DNA of 34,802 nucleotides from a candidate division WOR-3 bacterium (GTDB lineage Bacteria > Hydrothermota > Hydrothermia > Hydrothermales > Hydrothermaceae): assembly GCA_039803745.1 (NCBI GenBank), contig JBDRZD010000005.1:1-34802 (forward strand), given 5' to 3'. Below are positions 19,464-28,603 of this stretch, in pieces. The translations under genes were made by a program, and so were the position numbers. Positions within the stretch are counted from its first letter, which is position 1, and every line of letters starts with the position of its first letter. The notes under the pieces are model-generated. The model did no database searches. It had not been told where the DNA came from and saw only the letters and a list, made by a program, of their open reading frames with translations.

Positions 19464-20008
19464 AATGAAAGTAATTCATCTATTTTTTGCATACTTTCTA
19501 AACATATTTTTAAAAATTCATCAAGGGAAATACCAAGATTTTCACACTTTTTAATCTGCTCCCTATCAGCTCCCTGAGCAAATCTTTTTTCTTTAAATCT
19601 TCTCTTCATAAAATCTAAATCAATGTTTTTAATCTTTTTTGAAGGATGCATTAAGGCACAGGCAACTATGAATCCTGAAGCAGGGTCTACTGAATACAAA
19701 GCCCACTCAATTTTCTTTTCACAATCTTTTTTAGAAGAGTGAGCAAGAATGGCATTAAAAACTTCTTCATCATTAAAACCGTTTTCTTTAAGTATTTGAA
19801 TTGTTATAATTCCATGTTCTTCAGGTTTTTCTTTTGTAAATTCATAATCAAGGTCGTGTAAAATACCTGTGATTTCCCATTTCTCTATATCTTCATTCAA
19901 TCTTTCCGCAAGTCCTTTCATGCACGATGAAACAGCAAAAGAATGTTTTAATAATCTATCATTCTTTATATATTTTTTTAAGAGCTGGGTTGCTTTCTCT
20001 TTATTCAT
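19460..20008 (-). CDS. HD-domain (HDIG-type) phosphohydrolase
   Basis: LLKHS, GILHDLDYE, HG, AILAH, KRFAQGADRE pattern. Confidence 0.85.
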   Translation of the reverse strand: MNKEKATQLLKKYIKNDRLLKHSFAVSSCMKGLAERLNEDIEKWEITGILHDLDYEFTKEKPEEHGIITIQILKENGFNDEEVFNAILAHSSKKDCEKKIEWALYSVDPASGFIVACALMHPSKKIKNIDLDFMKRRFKEKRFAQGADREQIKKCENLGISLDEFLKICLESMQKIDELLSL

Positions 20009-20009
20009 C

Positions 20010-22067
20010 TTAAAATTTTATAAACTTGTTCAAATAAATTATAATTGGTGTAAAAACAAGAGATACTATTGCCATAAGTTTTAAAAGTATATTTAGAGAA
20101 GGTCCAGCAGTATCCTTAAATGGGTCTCCCACTGTATCACCTTCAACCGAAGCCTTATGCTCCTTTGAACCTTTTCCTCCTAAATTTCCTGCTTCAATCC
20201 ATTTTTTTGAATTATCCCATAATGCTCCTGAATTTGCCATAAAAAGCGCCATTGGAACCCCTGTAATAAGGGAACCTGCAATAAGACCACCAAGCGCGTT
20301 TGGTCCGAGAATTATTCCCACTATTAAAGGAGTTATAAATACAACAAGCCCTGGTATAAGGAGATTTTTTAATGCTCCCTTTGTTGTAATATCTACGCAT
20401 CTTGCATATTCGGGTTTTGCCTTCCCCTCCATTAATCCTTTTATTTCTTTAAACTGCCTTCTAACTTCTTCAACAACAAGTTTCGCAGTTCTTCCAACAG
20501 CCCTTATTGTTGAAGAGGAAAAGAAGAATGGTATCACACCACCTATGAAAAGACCTGCTGTAACTTTCGGATCAAGGATACTAAGATCAATTTTAATTCC
20601 AAGACTCTTTAAAGTCTGAGCATAAGCACTGAAAAGGGCAAGAGCAGTAAGCGCTGCCGAACCTATTGCAAAACCTTTACCTATCGCAGCAGTTGTATTT
20701 CCTGCTGCATCAAGGGAATCCGTTATTTTTCTTATATTTTCACCAAGATGAGCCATCTCTGCAATTCCTCCTGCATTATCCGCAATGGGTCCATAAGCAT
20801 CAACAGAAATTGTTATTCCTGCAGTAGCCAGCATACCAATTCCTGCAAGAGCTACTCCAAAAAATCCTGAAGAAAGAAAGGATATTATTATTGCAAATGC
20901 TATCAATATTACAGGAAGAACTGCACTTCTCATACCTATTGATATACCTGTAAGAATATTGGTTGCAACCCCAGTTGTTGAAGATTCTGCAACCTCTTTT
21001 AAAAATTTTTTATTTATTGTATAATACTCAGTGAAAATCCCTATTATCACACCCACAAAGATACCTGAAAAGATTGGCCAGAAATTCGTTATGTTTCCTT
21101 TGTATAAAAAATAAACAGTTAAAAAGGAAAAAATTACAAAAAATAAAGCAGAAAATAAAACTGAATTAAGAAGTGCTTTTGAGGGTTCTCCCTTTGCTGT
21201 TTTTATCAAAAATATACCCAAAATTGAAGAAATAATTCCGAGTGCAGGAGTAAATATTGAAAGAAGCATTCCTTCCATGCTTCCCATACTTCCTGCAATT
21301 ATAAGTCCAGAAATTATTGAACCTACAAAAGATTCATAGAGGTCAGCACCCATTCCTGCAACATCACCAACGTTATCCCCAACATTGTCCGCAATCACTG
21401 CAGGATTTCTTGGATCGTCTTCCGGAATCCCTGCTTCAACTTTACCAACTAAATCCGCACCAACATCTGCAGCCTTTGTATAAATTCCGCCTCCAACCCT
21501 TGCAAAAAGAGCAACAGTTGAAGCACCCATTGAAAAGCCAGCGAGTATAGAAGCAGCCTCCACTGCCTTTAATATAGGAGTTCCTTCTTTCGAAAGATTT
21601 GAAAATATCAGGAAAAGAAGAGAGATCCCTAAAACACCAAGAGAAACAATCATTATCCCCATCACAGAACCACCAAAAAATGCAAGGGAAAGTGCTTGAT
21701 TAAAACCTTTCTTTGCTGCCTGAGCGGTTCTTGTATTTGCTCGTGTAGAAATTTTCATTCCAAACCACGCTGAACCAAGAGAGAAAGAAGCACCGATTAC
21801 ATAAGAGATACAGGTTGCAAGGGCAAATTTAATTGATTTTGTTAAAAGGGATAAAAATAAAAGTATTATAACAAATATAACAAAGAAAAAAATTGTGATA
21901 AATTCTCTTTTCAGGAACGCCATCGCACCTTCATGAACTGCATCTGAAATTTTCATCATTTCCTCTGTTCCTGGATCCTGTCGCATAACATACCTTGCAA
22001 TAAGAATTGAATAAACAATTGAAAGCAAACTTATAAAAAGTGATACGAATATTAACACATCATTCAT
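20010..22067 (-). CDS. hppA: Membrane-bound K+-dependent, probably Na+-translocating pyrophosphatase
   Basis: [41 protein letters not shown] (Ala indicates K+ dependence), [17 protein letters not shown]. Start is ATG 22067 (GAGAGG upstream) or 22073. Confidence 0.95.
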   Translation of the reverse strand: MNDVLIFVSLFISLLSIVYSILIARYVMRQDPGTEEMMKISDAVHEGAMAFLKREFITIFFFVIFVIILLFLSLLTKSIKFALATCISYVIGASFSLGSAWFGMKISTRANTRTAQAAKKGFNQALSLAFFGGSVMGIMIVSLGVLGISLLFLIFSNLSKEGTPILKAVEAASILAGFSMGASTVALFARVGGGIYTKAADVGADLVGKVEAGIPEDDPRNPAVIADNVGDNVGDVAGMGADLYESFVGSIISGLIIAGSMGSMEGMLLSIFTPALGIISSILGIFLIKTAKGEPSKALLNSVLFSALFFVIFSFLTVYFLYKGNITNFWPIFSGIFVGVIIGIFTEYYTINKKFLKEVAESSTTGVATNILTGISIGMRSAVLPVILIAFAIIISFLSSGFFGVALAGIGMLATAGITISVDAYGPIADNAGGIAEMAHLGENIRKITDSLDAAGNTTAAIGKGFAIGSAALTALALFSAYAQTLKSLGIKIDLSILDPKVTAGLFIGGVIPFFFSSSTIRAVGRTAKLVVEEVRRQFKEIKGLMEGKAKPEYARCVDITTKGALKNLLIPGLVVFITPLIVGIILGPNALGGLIAGSLITGVPMALFMANSGALWDNSKKWIEAGNLGGKGSKEHKASVEGDTVGDPFKDTAGPSLNILLKLMAIVSLVFTPIIIYLNKFIKF

Positions 22068-22613
22068 GTTCATCCTCTCTAAAACTGTTTATAAAATTCA
22101 TTGCTTTATTTACTCCTTCATTAAAAAGCACCTTAACACCTTTTTTTAAAAAAGGGAAAAGAGTTTCAAATAAAAAATTTTTTTCCTCTTCTTTAAGCTG
22201 GGATAGAACATATTTCTTCAAAGGTTTTTCTCTTCCTATCCCTATTTTCAATCTCAGGAAATTTTCACTTTGAAGATAATAAATAATTGAAGAAATCCCC
22301 TTATGACCCCCTGCACCTCCCTTTATTTTCAATTTTGGCTTACCAAAAGGAAGAGCAGCATCATCATGAACCACTAAAATTTCTTCATTTTTTATCATAA
22401 ATTTTTTTTTAAATCATTTAATACTTTGCCACTTTCATTCATATATAAATTTGGTATTATAAGAAATCCATACTCTGTCTCTTTATAAAAAAAATCACCT
22501 TCCCCCGGTAAAAAATTGCTCTCACCAAGATAAAGAACAAAAAGTTTGCCTACATTATGTCTTGTAAACTCATAAATTTTTCCAGGATTCCCAAGCCCAA
22601 TTATATAAAGCAT
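22060..22613 (-). pseudogene. pth: Peptidyl-tRNA hydrolase split into two ORFs (22395..22613 and 22060..22398) at an A9 run
   Basis: 5' ORF has GLGNPG, TRHNVG and YMNESG; 3' ORF has VVHDD, GGAGGHKG and RLKIGIG. One extra A in the run at 22402-22410 restores a single frame. Conserved prs-rplY-pth order. Confidence 0.9.
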
Positions 22614-23254
22614 TATTCCTCCTCTTTTTCTTCCTCCTCTTTCTTTTCTTCAGAAGGAACTTCTTCCATTACTACTTTTTCAGAAGGTATTTCTGCAGCC
22701 TTTTTAGGTGAAAGAACAGTACATACTGTCTCTTCCGGGTTTTCCACAATATGGACTCCTTCTGGAAGCTTTAAATCCTTTATATGAATAGATTCACCTA
22801 TTCGGAGTTTACTCACATCAACTTCAATATGCCCAGGGATTTTTGACGGAATTGCTCTTATATTTACCTCCCTTTTAAGATGCTCCAAGGTGCCACCCAG
22901 TTTTAAACCTTCAGGAATGCCGATAAGAACAACAGGAATTGAAACAGTTATCATTTCCTTTTCGTGTAAAATCTGAAAATCAGCATGGATTGGAAAACCC
23001 ATTATAAAATCTCTCTGAAGTTCCTTAAGGATACATTTATAATTCTGGCCATTTATTTCAAGATCAATCAGAACCGTTTCCTTTTTTACTTCTTTTAAAA
23101 ACTTCTGAAAATCTTTTGCATTTATTTTTATATGAATATTCTTCTCGTGGGCACCATACATTTCACCTGTTATAAAACCTTTTCTTCTTAATCTCCTTGC
23201 TTCATTTGTTCCAATTTTTTCTCTTATTTCACCCTTTAATTTATATATTTTCAT
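22613..23254 (-). CDS. rplY: 50S ribosomal protein L25/Ctc (long form)
   Basis: [25 protein letters not shown], acidic tail; lies between prs and pth. Confidence 0.94.
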   Translation of the reverse strand: MKIYKLKGEIREKIGTNEARRLRRKGFITGEMYGAHEKNIHIKINAKDFQKFLKEVKKETVLIDLEINGQNYKCILKELQRDFIMGFPIHADFQILHEKEMITVSIPVVLIGIPEGLKLGGTLEHLKREVNIRAIPSKIPGHIEVDVSKLRIGESIHIKDLKLPEGVHIVENPEETVCTVLSPKKAAEIPSEKVVMEEVPSEEKKEEEEKEEE

Positions 23255-23265
23255 ATTCCTCCCCT

Positions 23266-24201
23266 TTAAATGAATAAAGCACTAATACTTCTTTCCTCGT
23301 GAATTCTTTTGATTGCTTCAGCAATTAAACCTGAAACAGTTAAAATTTCTAATTTTCTCATCTTTTTATGTTCAGGAATTGGTATTGTGTCTGTAACTAT
23401 TATTCTATCAATTGGGCTATTTTCAAGCAAAGAAACAGCATCACCCGATAAAATTGCATGAGTTGCACATACCCATATTGCTTTCGCACCAAGTTCTTTA
23501 AGTTTTTGAGAAGCAAAATAAATTGTTCCACCAGTATCTATTATATCATCAACAATTATAATATTCTTATCCTCAACATTACCTATCACATGCATAACTT
23601 CTGACATATTTGGAGCAGGTCTTCTCTTGTCAACAACTGCAAGAGGTAAATCACCAAGTCTCTTTGCAAATGCTGTTGCCCTATTTGTTCCACCAACATC
23701 AGGAGAAACAATAGAAAAAAATCTTGCATCCAAAGGCCCAAGATATTCCTTAAACACGGGAAAGGCATAAATATTATCTAAAGGAATATCAAAGAATCCC
23801 TGGATCTGATCAGAATGAAGGTCAATCGTTACAACTCTATCAACCCCTGCTGTTTGAATCAGGTTTGCTATAAGTTTTGCAGAAATTGGAACCCTTGGCC
23901 TATCCTTTCTATCCTGCCTTGCATAACCGAAATAAGGAATAATTGCTGTTATTCTCTTTGCAGAGGCTCTTTTAGCAGCATCTATCAAAAGTAAAAGTTC
24001 AAGAAGATTTTCTGCTGGTGGATGTGTACTCTGTACTATAAATATATCGCATCCCCTTATATTTTCCTTTATCTGTATTCTTATTTCACCATCTTTAAAT
24101 CTTGACACTTCAAGAGCGCAAGGCTCTACGCCAAGTTTTACACATATATCCTCTTTTAATTTCCAGGAAGTAAGACCGGATAAAATTTTTATTTCGTTCA
24201 T
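23266..24201 (-). CDS. prs: Ribose-phosphate pyrophosphokinase
   Basis: FKDGE, PYFGYARQDRK, DLHSDQIQGFF, SPDVGG, VDDIIDTGGT. Confidence 0.97.
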   Translation of the reverse strand: MNEIKILSGLTSWKLKEDICVKLGVEPCALEVSRFKDGEIRIQIKENIRGCDIFIVQSTHPPAENLLELLLLIDAAKRASAKRITAIIPYFGYARQDRKDRPRVPISAKLIANLIQTAGVDRVVTIDLHSDQIQGFFDIPLDNIYAFPVFKEYLGPLDARFFSIVSPDVGGTNRATAFAKRLGDLPLAVVDKRRPAPNMSEVMHVIGNVEDKNIIIVDDIIDTGGTIYFASQKLKELGAKAIWVCATHAILSGDAVSLLENSPIDRIIVTDTIPIPEHKKMRKLEILTVSGLIAEAIKRIHEERSISALFI

Positions 24202-24686
24202 TTTAATAGCTCTTTAATTTTTTCTTCAAAAAACTCTTTATCTCTATATCCTATGATTTTTTCAACAATTTCACCCTTTTTATTTATTATAAAAGTAGTT
24301 GGTATTGCACTTATACCACCATAGGATTCAACAACCTCTCTATTTGCAACAAGTACAGGATAGTTTATTCCATTTTCCTCACAAAATGATTTGACCCTTT
24401 CAATTCCTTCCCTTGCAAAGGCAATTCCTATTATTAAAACTCCCTTATCTTCATAATCAGAATAAATTTCTATGAAATGGGGAATTTCGGCTCTGCAAGG
24501 TGGACACCATGTATCCCAGAAATCTATAATCACAACCTTATTCTTTATATGCTCGTAAAGATGAAATTTTTCACCATTTATTTCTTCTAAAACAAAATCA
24601 GGAGTTTTTTTTAATCTGGAAGTTTTACTATAACAGAATAAAAGGAGTAAAGATAAAAGAAAAGAAAATTTAAAATTAGTTTTCAT
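24198..24686 (-). CDS. TlpA/ResA-family thiol-disulfide oxidoreductase (exported)
   Basis: Signal-like N-terminus, DFWDTWCPPCRAEIP, AIPTTFIINKKG. Confidence 0.9.
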   Translation of the reverse strand: MKTNFKFSFLLSLLLLFCYSKTSRLKKTPDFVLEEINGEKFHLYEHIKNKVVIIDFWDTWCPPCRAEIPHFIEIYSDYEDKGVLIIGIAFAREGIERVKSFCEENGINYPVLVANREVVESYGGISAIPTTFIINKKGEIVEKIIGYRDKEFFEEKIKELLK

Positions 24687-24694
24687 CTTACCTC

Positions 24695-25552
24695 CTATAA
24701 AACATCTTTTAAAATATCTGCAATTTTTTCAAGGAAATTTTTGTCTCTTGTGGTAAAAGCAGATGGTGTCTCTGAGTCAATATCAATCTCTCCTTTTACT
24801 TCTCCATTTTTTATTATGGGTACAACTATTTCAGACTTTGTTTCTTCAAAACATGAAATATACCTTGGATCTTTCTTCACATCATTAACTATTATTGTAT
24901 TTTTCTCCTTTGCTGCTGCTCCACATATTCCCTTACCAATTGGTATAATTTTATGTTCTGTCTCCTTCTCCCCTTTCCATGGACCCAGAACAAGTTTGTT
25001 CTCTTTGATAAAATATATGCCAACCCAATCATAATGTTTGAAATTGTCATAAAGAAGACAAACTGTTTTTTCGAAAAGTTTATCAGGTTCTTTTTCCTTA
25101 GTCCATTTTATTTCTTTCAATATGCTTTCCATTCTAAGTTTTTCTTGGGAAAGATCAAACTCTTCTTCCCATGTGATTATAGAATGATAATAAACCTGGT
25201 CTCCTTCATCTATTCCTCTTGTAATCTCAGATATATGAACAGAAGTTGCTTTAAATTCCTCAAGAATATAATTAACTGCTTCCTCAGGATTTGCATGCTC
25301 CCCACATGTATATATATCTAAAGCTGCATATCCATATTCTGGCCATGTATGTATTGAAAGATGGGATTCTGAAATCACTATCACACCGGATACTCCATTT
25401 GGTGGAAACCTGTGAAATGAAACAGCCCAGACCTGAACATTTGCCTTTTCTGCGGCCTTGACAAGAATATGTTGAACTCTTTCAATATCCCCTATTATTT
25501 CTGAATTACAGCCAGATGCTTCTACTATATAATGTTCTCCAATTGTTCTCAT
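24695..25552 (-). CDS. speD: S-adenosylmethionine decarboxylase proenzyme (class 1B) fused to a GAF/fRMsr-like domain
   Basis: aa 1-135 carry GVSG...SESHLSIHTWPEYGYAALDIYTCG (pyruvoyl cleavage E62/S63); aa 141-285 carry DWVGIY, LGP, GKGICG, YISC, SEIVVP, IDIDS. Confidence 0.88.
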   Translation of the reverse strand: MRTIGEHYIVEASGCNSEIIGDIERVQHILVKAAEKANVQVWAVSFHRFPPNGVSGVIVISESHLSIHTWPEYGYAALDIYTCGEHANPEEAVNYILEEFKATSVHISEITRGIDEGDQVYYHSIITWEEEFDLSQEKLRMESILKEIKWTKEKEPDKLFEKTVCLLYDNFKHYDWVGIYFIKENKLVLGPWKGEKETEHKIIPIGKGICGAAAKEKNTIIVNDVKKDPRYISCFEETKSEIVVPIIKNGEVKGEIDIDSETPSAFTTRDKNFLEKIADILKDVL

Positions 25553-25577
25553 TTTTTATTCCTTTTTTTTGTTTTTA

Positions 25578-25607
25578 ATTTTAATATATCCTTATAGAAA
25601 TTTTCAA
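25578..25607 (-). promoter_or_regulatory. Sigma70-type promoter TTGAAA-N18-TAAAAT for the speD...pyrB operon
   Basis: -35 at 25607..25602 and -10 at 25583..25578. Confidence 0.62.
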
Positions 25608-25615
25608 ATATTTTA

Positions 25616-25645
25616 TTGAATTTTACATTAATTTTTTATTATAAT
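25616..25645 (+). promoter_or_regulatory. Sigma70-type promoter TTGAAT-N18-TATAAT, probably leaderless
   Basis: -35 at 25616-25621, -10 at 25640-25645, ATG at 25652 after 6 nt, no SD. Confidence 0.62.
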
Positions 25646-25651
25646 TTAAAA

Positions 25652-26539
25652 ATGAAAAAGATAATTTTAATAATAATACCTTTTTATCTTTTTTCAGGAA
25701 CCTACGATTATTTAAAGATACCTGCTTCTTCAAAGGAAAGTGCACTTTTAAATCTTTTAGGACTTTTTGAAAAATACCCTTCTGCACTTTTTGTAAACCC
25801 ATCAGGAATTTTTGAAGTTGAAAGAATGATTGAAGCAGGTTATGGAAATTATATAGTTGATATGCATCAAGGATATTTAACATTTCCAATTGGTAAATCT
25901 CCTACTTTCTGGATTTTGATTCGTTTTTTGCATCTCGGAAAATTCACAAAAACAGATACATTTGGAAATGAAATAGGAGAATATAATGGAGAAAATCTCT
26001 CTATAAGTTTTTGTTTTCCCATAACTCAAAAATATAAGATTGGCGGGAGTTTTGAATTACTTTATAATATTCTTGATAAGTATTCATCCTTAGGAACTGC
26101 TCTTTCTTTCGGATATAATTTTTATGAAAGAAAAGTTTTTAAGGATGCTTTATGGAGAAACTCTTTCACATTAAAGTATATTGGATTTGAAATAAAACCA
26201 TTTAATAAAGAAAGAAGCACATTTCCTTTAAAATTTACATATAGTAGTGGTTTAAAATTCAGCACTTTTGAAACAGGATTTTCCTTATTTTATATAATAA
26301 ATGAAGGAATAAATGGGGAAATATCTTATTTATATAGATGGGGAAAAAATTTAAGAATATCCATATCATATACAACTTATAATAGGGATACAAAAATAGG
26401 TGAAGGTATAAAAGAATTATTTTCAGGATTTTCAAGCGGGATGGGAATTGAAATAAAGAAAATAAATTTGTTTTACTCTTATACACCCTTTGGGGTTTTT
26501 GGAGATATCCATAGAATAGATATTTCTTATAAATTTTGA
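25652..26539 (+). CDS. PorV/PorQ-family outer-membrane beta-barrel protein
   Basis: MKKIIL signal peptide (start moved to ATG 25652), YLKIPASSK...SALFVNPSG, terminal YSYTPFGVFGDIHRIDISYKF. Confidence 0.7.
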   Translation: MKKIILIIIPFYLFSGTYDYLKIPASSKESALLNLLGLFEKYPSALFVNPSGIFEVERMIEAGYGNYIVDMHQGYLTFPIGKSPTFWILIRFLHLGKFTKTDTFGNEIGEYNGENLSISFCFPITQKYKIGGSFELLYNILDKYSSLGTALSFGYNFYERKVFKDALWRNSFTLKYIGFEIKPFNKERSTFPLKFTYSSGLKFSTFETGFSLFYIINEGINGEISYLYRWGKNLRISISYTTYNRDTKIGEGIKELFSGFSSGMGIEIKKINLFYSYTPFGVFGDIHRIDISYKF

Positions 26540-28257
26540 AAATATTTTTAATCTCTATTCTTTCTCTGGTTCTTGGAATTTTAATCTATTTCAAAAATTT
26601 TAATTCTCTACTCTTTTTATTAAGATTTCTATGGCTTTTTCTATTTCTCAATTTAATCCTGAGTCCTGTATTTTATTTGAATTTAAAACAAAAGAGAGAA
26701 AACCTTGTAATATTTGATAAAAGACCGAGTATGAATTACGGGAATAAAATAGAAGAGGGGGAGAAATTTTTAAAGAATATAAAAGGAGATTATAAAATAT
26801 TTTTTCTTAAAGATGAAGATGAATTACTCCAAAAAATTAAAACAGAAAATATTTATGAGATCCTTTTAATTTCTGATGGCAATTTTAGCGAAAGTTTTAA
26901 AAAATTTATTGAAGAGATAGGGGTACCGGTAAATGTCTATACTTTTCCTCAAATAGGGATTCCTGAGGAAATAAATGTTCAATTCCCGAGTTATGTTTTT
27001 GAAAAAGAAGAATTCTTAATAGAAATTTTTTTAAATTCAAAGAAAAATTCAAAAGGAAAAATAGAAATAAATGGTGAGGGAATAAATATTAATAAGGAAA
27101 TAGATATAAAGGAAGGAGAGAATAAATTTAATTTTAAGATTTCTTTTAAAAATGAAGGCAGAAAAAAGATATCTATGTCAATTTTAAAAAATGGGGAGAG
27201 GATTAAAAAGGAATTTGAAGTAAATGTTCTTAAAAAGGGTGTAGATGTAGTAATAATATGTGAAAAGCCAATGCCAATTTTAAAAATTTTAAGAGAATTT
27301 ATTAAAAAAAGAATTACGGAAAACATAAATATTTTTGTGAGGGTTTCCCCTGACAGGATTGTAAAAATAAATGAAAAAATAGAAAAGGGAGAAATCCCGC
27401 CCCAAACCGATTTTTTAATAGTTCTTTCCCCTAATCTAATGAAAGATTATAAAAAAATTTTAAATTCAAAAAGAATATTTTATTTTTATGAAGGGATTGA
27501 ATCTCAAGAGATCAAAGGTAAAAACATTTTAAAAGGAGAAAATTTTGGGATTGAAATTCATGCGCCTTTAAAAATTTTTTCAAAAAAAATATATGGGAAT
27601 AAAATTCTTTTAATTGAATCAGACTCAAAAGAATTTGAAGCAGCTATTCAAAGTGATAAAGAAACCCATGTTCTTATAGCGAACTTTTTTGAGATTCTAT
27701 TTCCCTATGAGGAAAAATTAAGGGATACCATTTTAAATCAAATATTTAAAACAGGTGAATTAAAAAATCCAGAAATTTCTTACTTTGAGATAAAAGGGAG
27801 TTTAAAGGAGGATGAGGAGTTCTTAATTAAATGTTTTCTATTCACTCCGCTTTTAAAACCTTCCTTTGATTCGGATGTGAGAATCAGAATAAATGATAAG
27901 AATTATCCTATGGTTTATGAAGGTAAAGGAGCATATGCTTCTCCGCCTTTAAGAATGAAAAAGGGAAAATATGATTTTGAGATAAACATAAAAAGGAATA
28001 ATTTTGAAAAGAAAATTTATGGAAATTTTGAAATTTTTGAAAGGGAAATAATTCAAGGTATTGATAGAGAATGTCTATTATCAATTGCAAGAAAAACAGG
28101 AGGGAATGAAATAAAGAATGGTTTTGAGTTTAAAGAAAAAAAATACTTTGAAAAGAAATACGAATTTGATTTAAGAAAAAACATGTTATCCTATATCTTT
28201 ATAACACTCATTTTCTTAATTGAGATATTTTTTAGAAAAAAAGAAGGATATTTATAA
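26536..28257 (+). CDS. Hypothetical membrane-anchored protein with degenerate vWA-like region
   Basis: TTG start overlapping the upstream TGA; two N-terminal TM helices, IFDKRPSM and LLISDG vWA-like remnants, LLSIARKTGG, C-terminal TM helix ending EIFFRKKEGYL. Confidence 0.6.
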   Translation: MKIFLISILSLVLGILIYFKNFNSLLFLLRFLWLFLFLNLILSPVFYLNLKQKRENLVIFDKRPSMNYGNKIEEGEKFLKNIKGDYKIFFLKDEDELLQKIKTENIYEILLISDGNFSESFKKFIEEIGVPVNVYTFPQIGIPEEINVQFPSYVFEKEEFLIEIFLNSKKNSKGKIEINGEGININKEIDIKEGENKFNFKISFKNEGRKKISMSILKNGERIKKEFEVNVLKKGVDVVIICEKPMPILKILREFIKKRITENINIFVRVSPDRIVKINEKIEKGEIPPQTDFLIVLSPNLMKDYKKILNSKRIFYFYEGIESQEIKGKNILKGENFGIEIHAPLKIFSKKIYGNKILLIESDSKEFEAAIQSDKETHVLIANFFEILFPYEEKLRDTILNQIFKTGELKNPEISYFEIKGSLKEDEEFLIKCFLFTPLLKPSFDSDVRIRINDKNYPMVYEGKGAYASPPLRMKKGKYDFEINIKRNNFEKKIYGNFEIFEREIIQGIDRECLLSIARKTGGNEIKNGFEFKEKKYFEKKYEFDLRKNMLSYIFITLIFLIEIFFRKKEGYL

Positions 28258-28601
28258 TGTGGATATTAAAGGTAAAAAGAAAGTTTAGTGCAATTCACTT
28301 TTTACCGATTTATAAAGGGAAAAGAGAAAAGAACCATTCCCATAGATTTGTATGTGAAGTTGAGATAGAGTGTGAAGAGCTTAATAAAGAAGGTTATGGT
28401 ATCGATTTTTTTGAAATAGAAAATTATCTTAAAGAAATCTTACCAGAGGGTAAAAATTTGAATGAGGAGTTTGAATTTATAACATCAACAGAAAATTTTG
28501 CAAAATGGATATATTATAAAGTAAAGGAAAGATTTCCTAATGTAAAAAGGGTTATATTATGGGAAAATCCAAGATTCTGTGCAATTTATGAGGAGGACTG
28601 A
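28257..28601 (+). CDS. 6-pyruvoyl-tetrahydropterin synthase/QueD family protein (Cys-less, ExxHxH variant)
   Basis: FSAIH, HSH Zn ligands, IDF, LNE, STENFA, LWEN T-fold motifs. Confidence 0.82.
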   Translation: MWILKVKRKFSAIHFLPIYKGKREKNHSHRFVCEVEIECEELNKEGYGIDFFEIENYLKEILPEGKNLNEEFEFITSTENFAKWIYYKVKERFPNVKRVILWENPRFCAIYEED

Positions 28602-28603
28602 AT

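Noticed and set aside
22392..22397. Selenocysteine or stop readthrough at the pth TGA
   Set aside because: TGA is followed immediately by TAA in frame, and the continuation is in the -1 frame.
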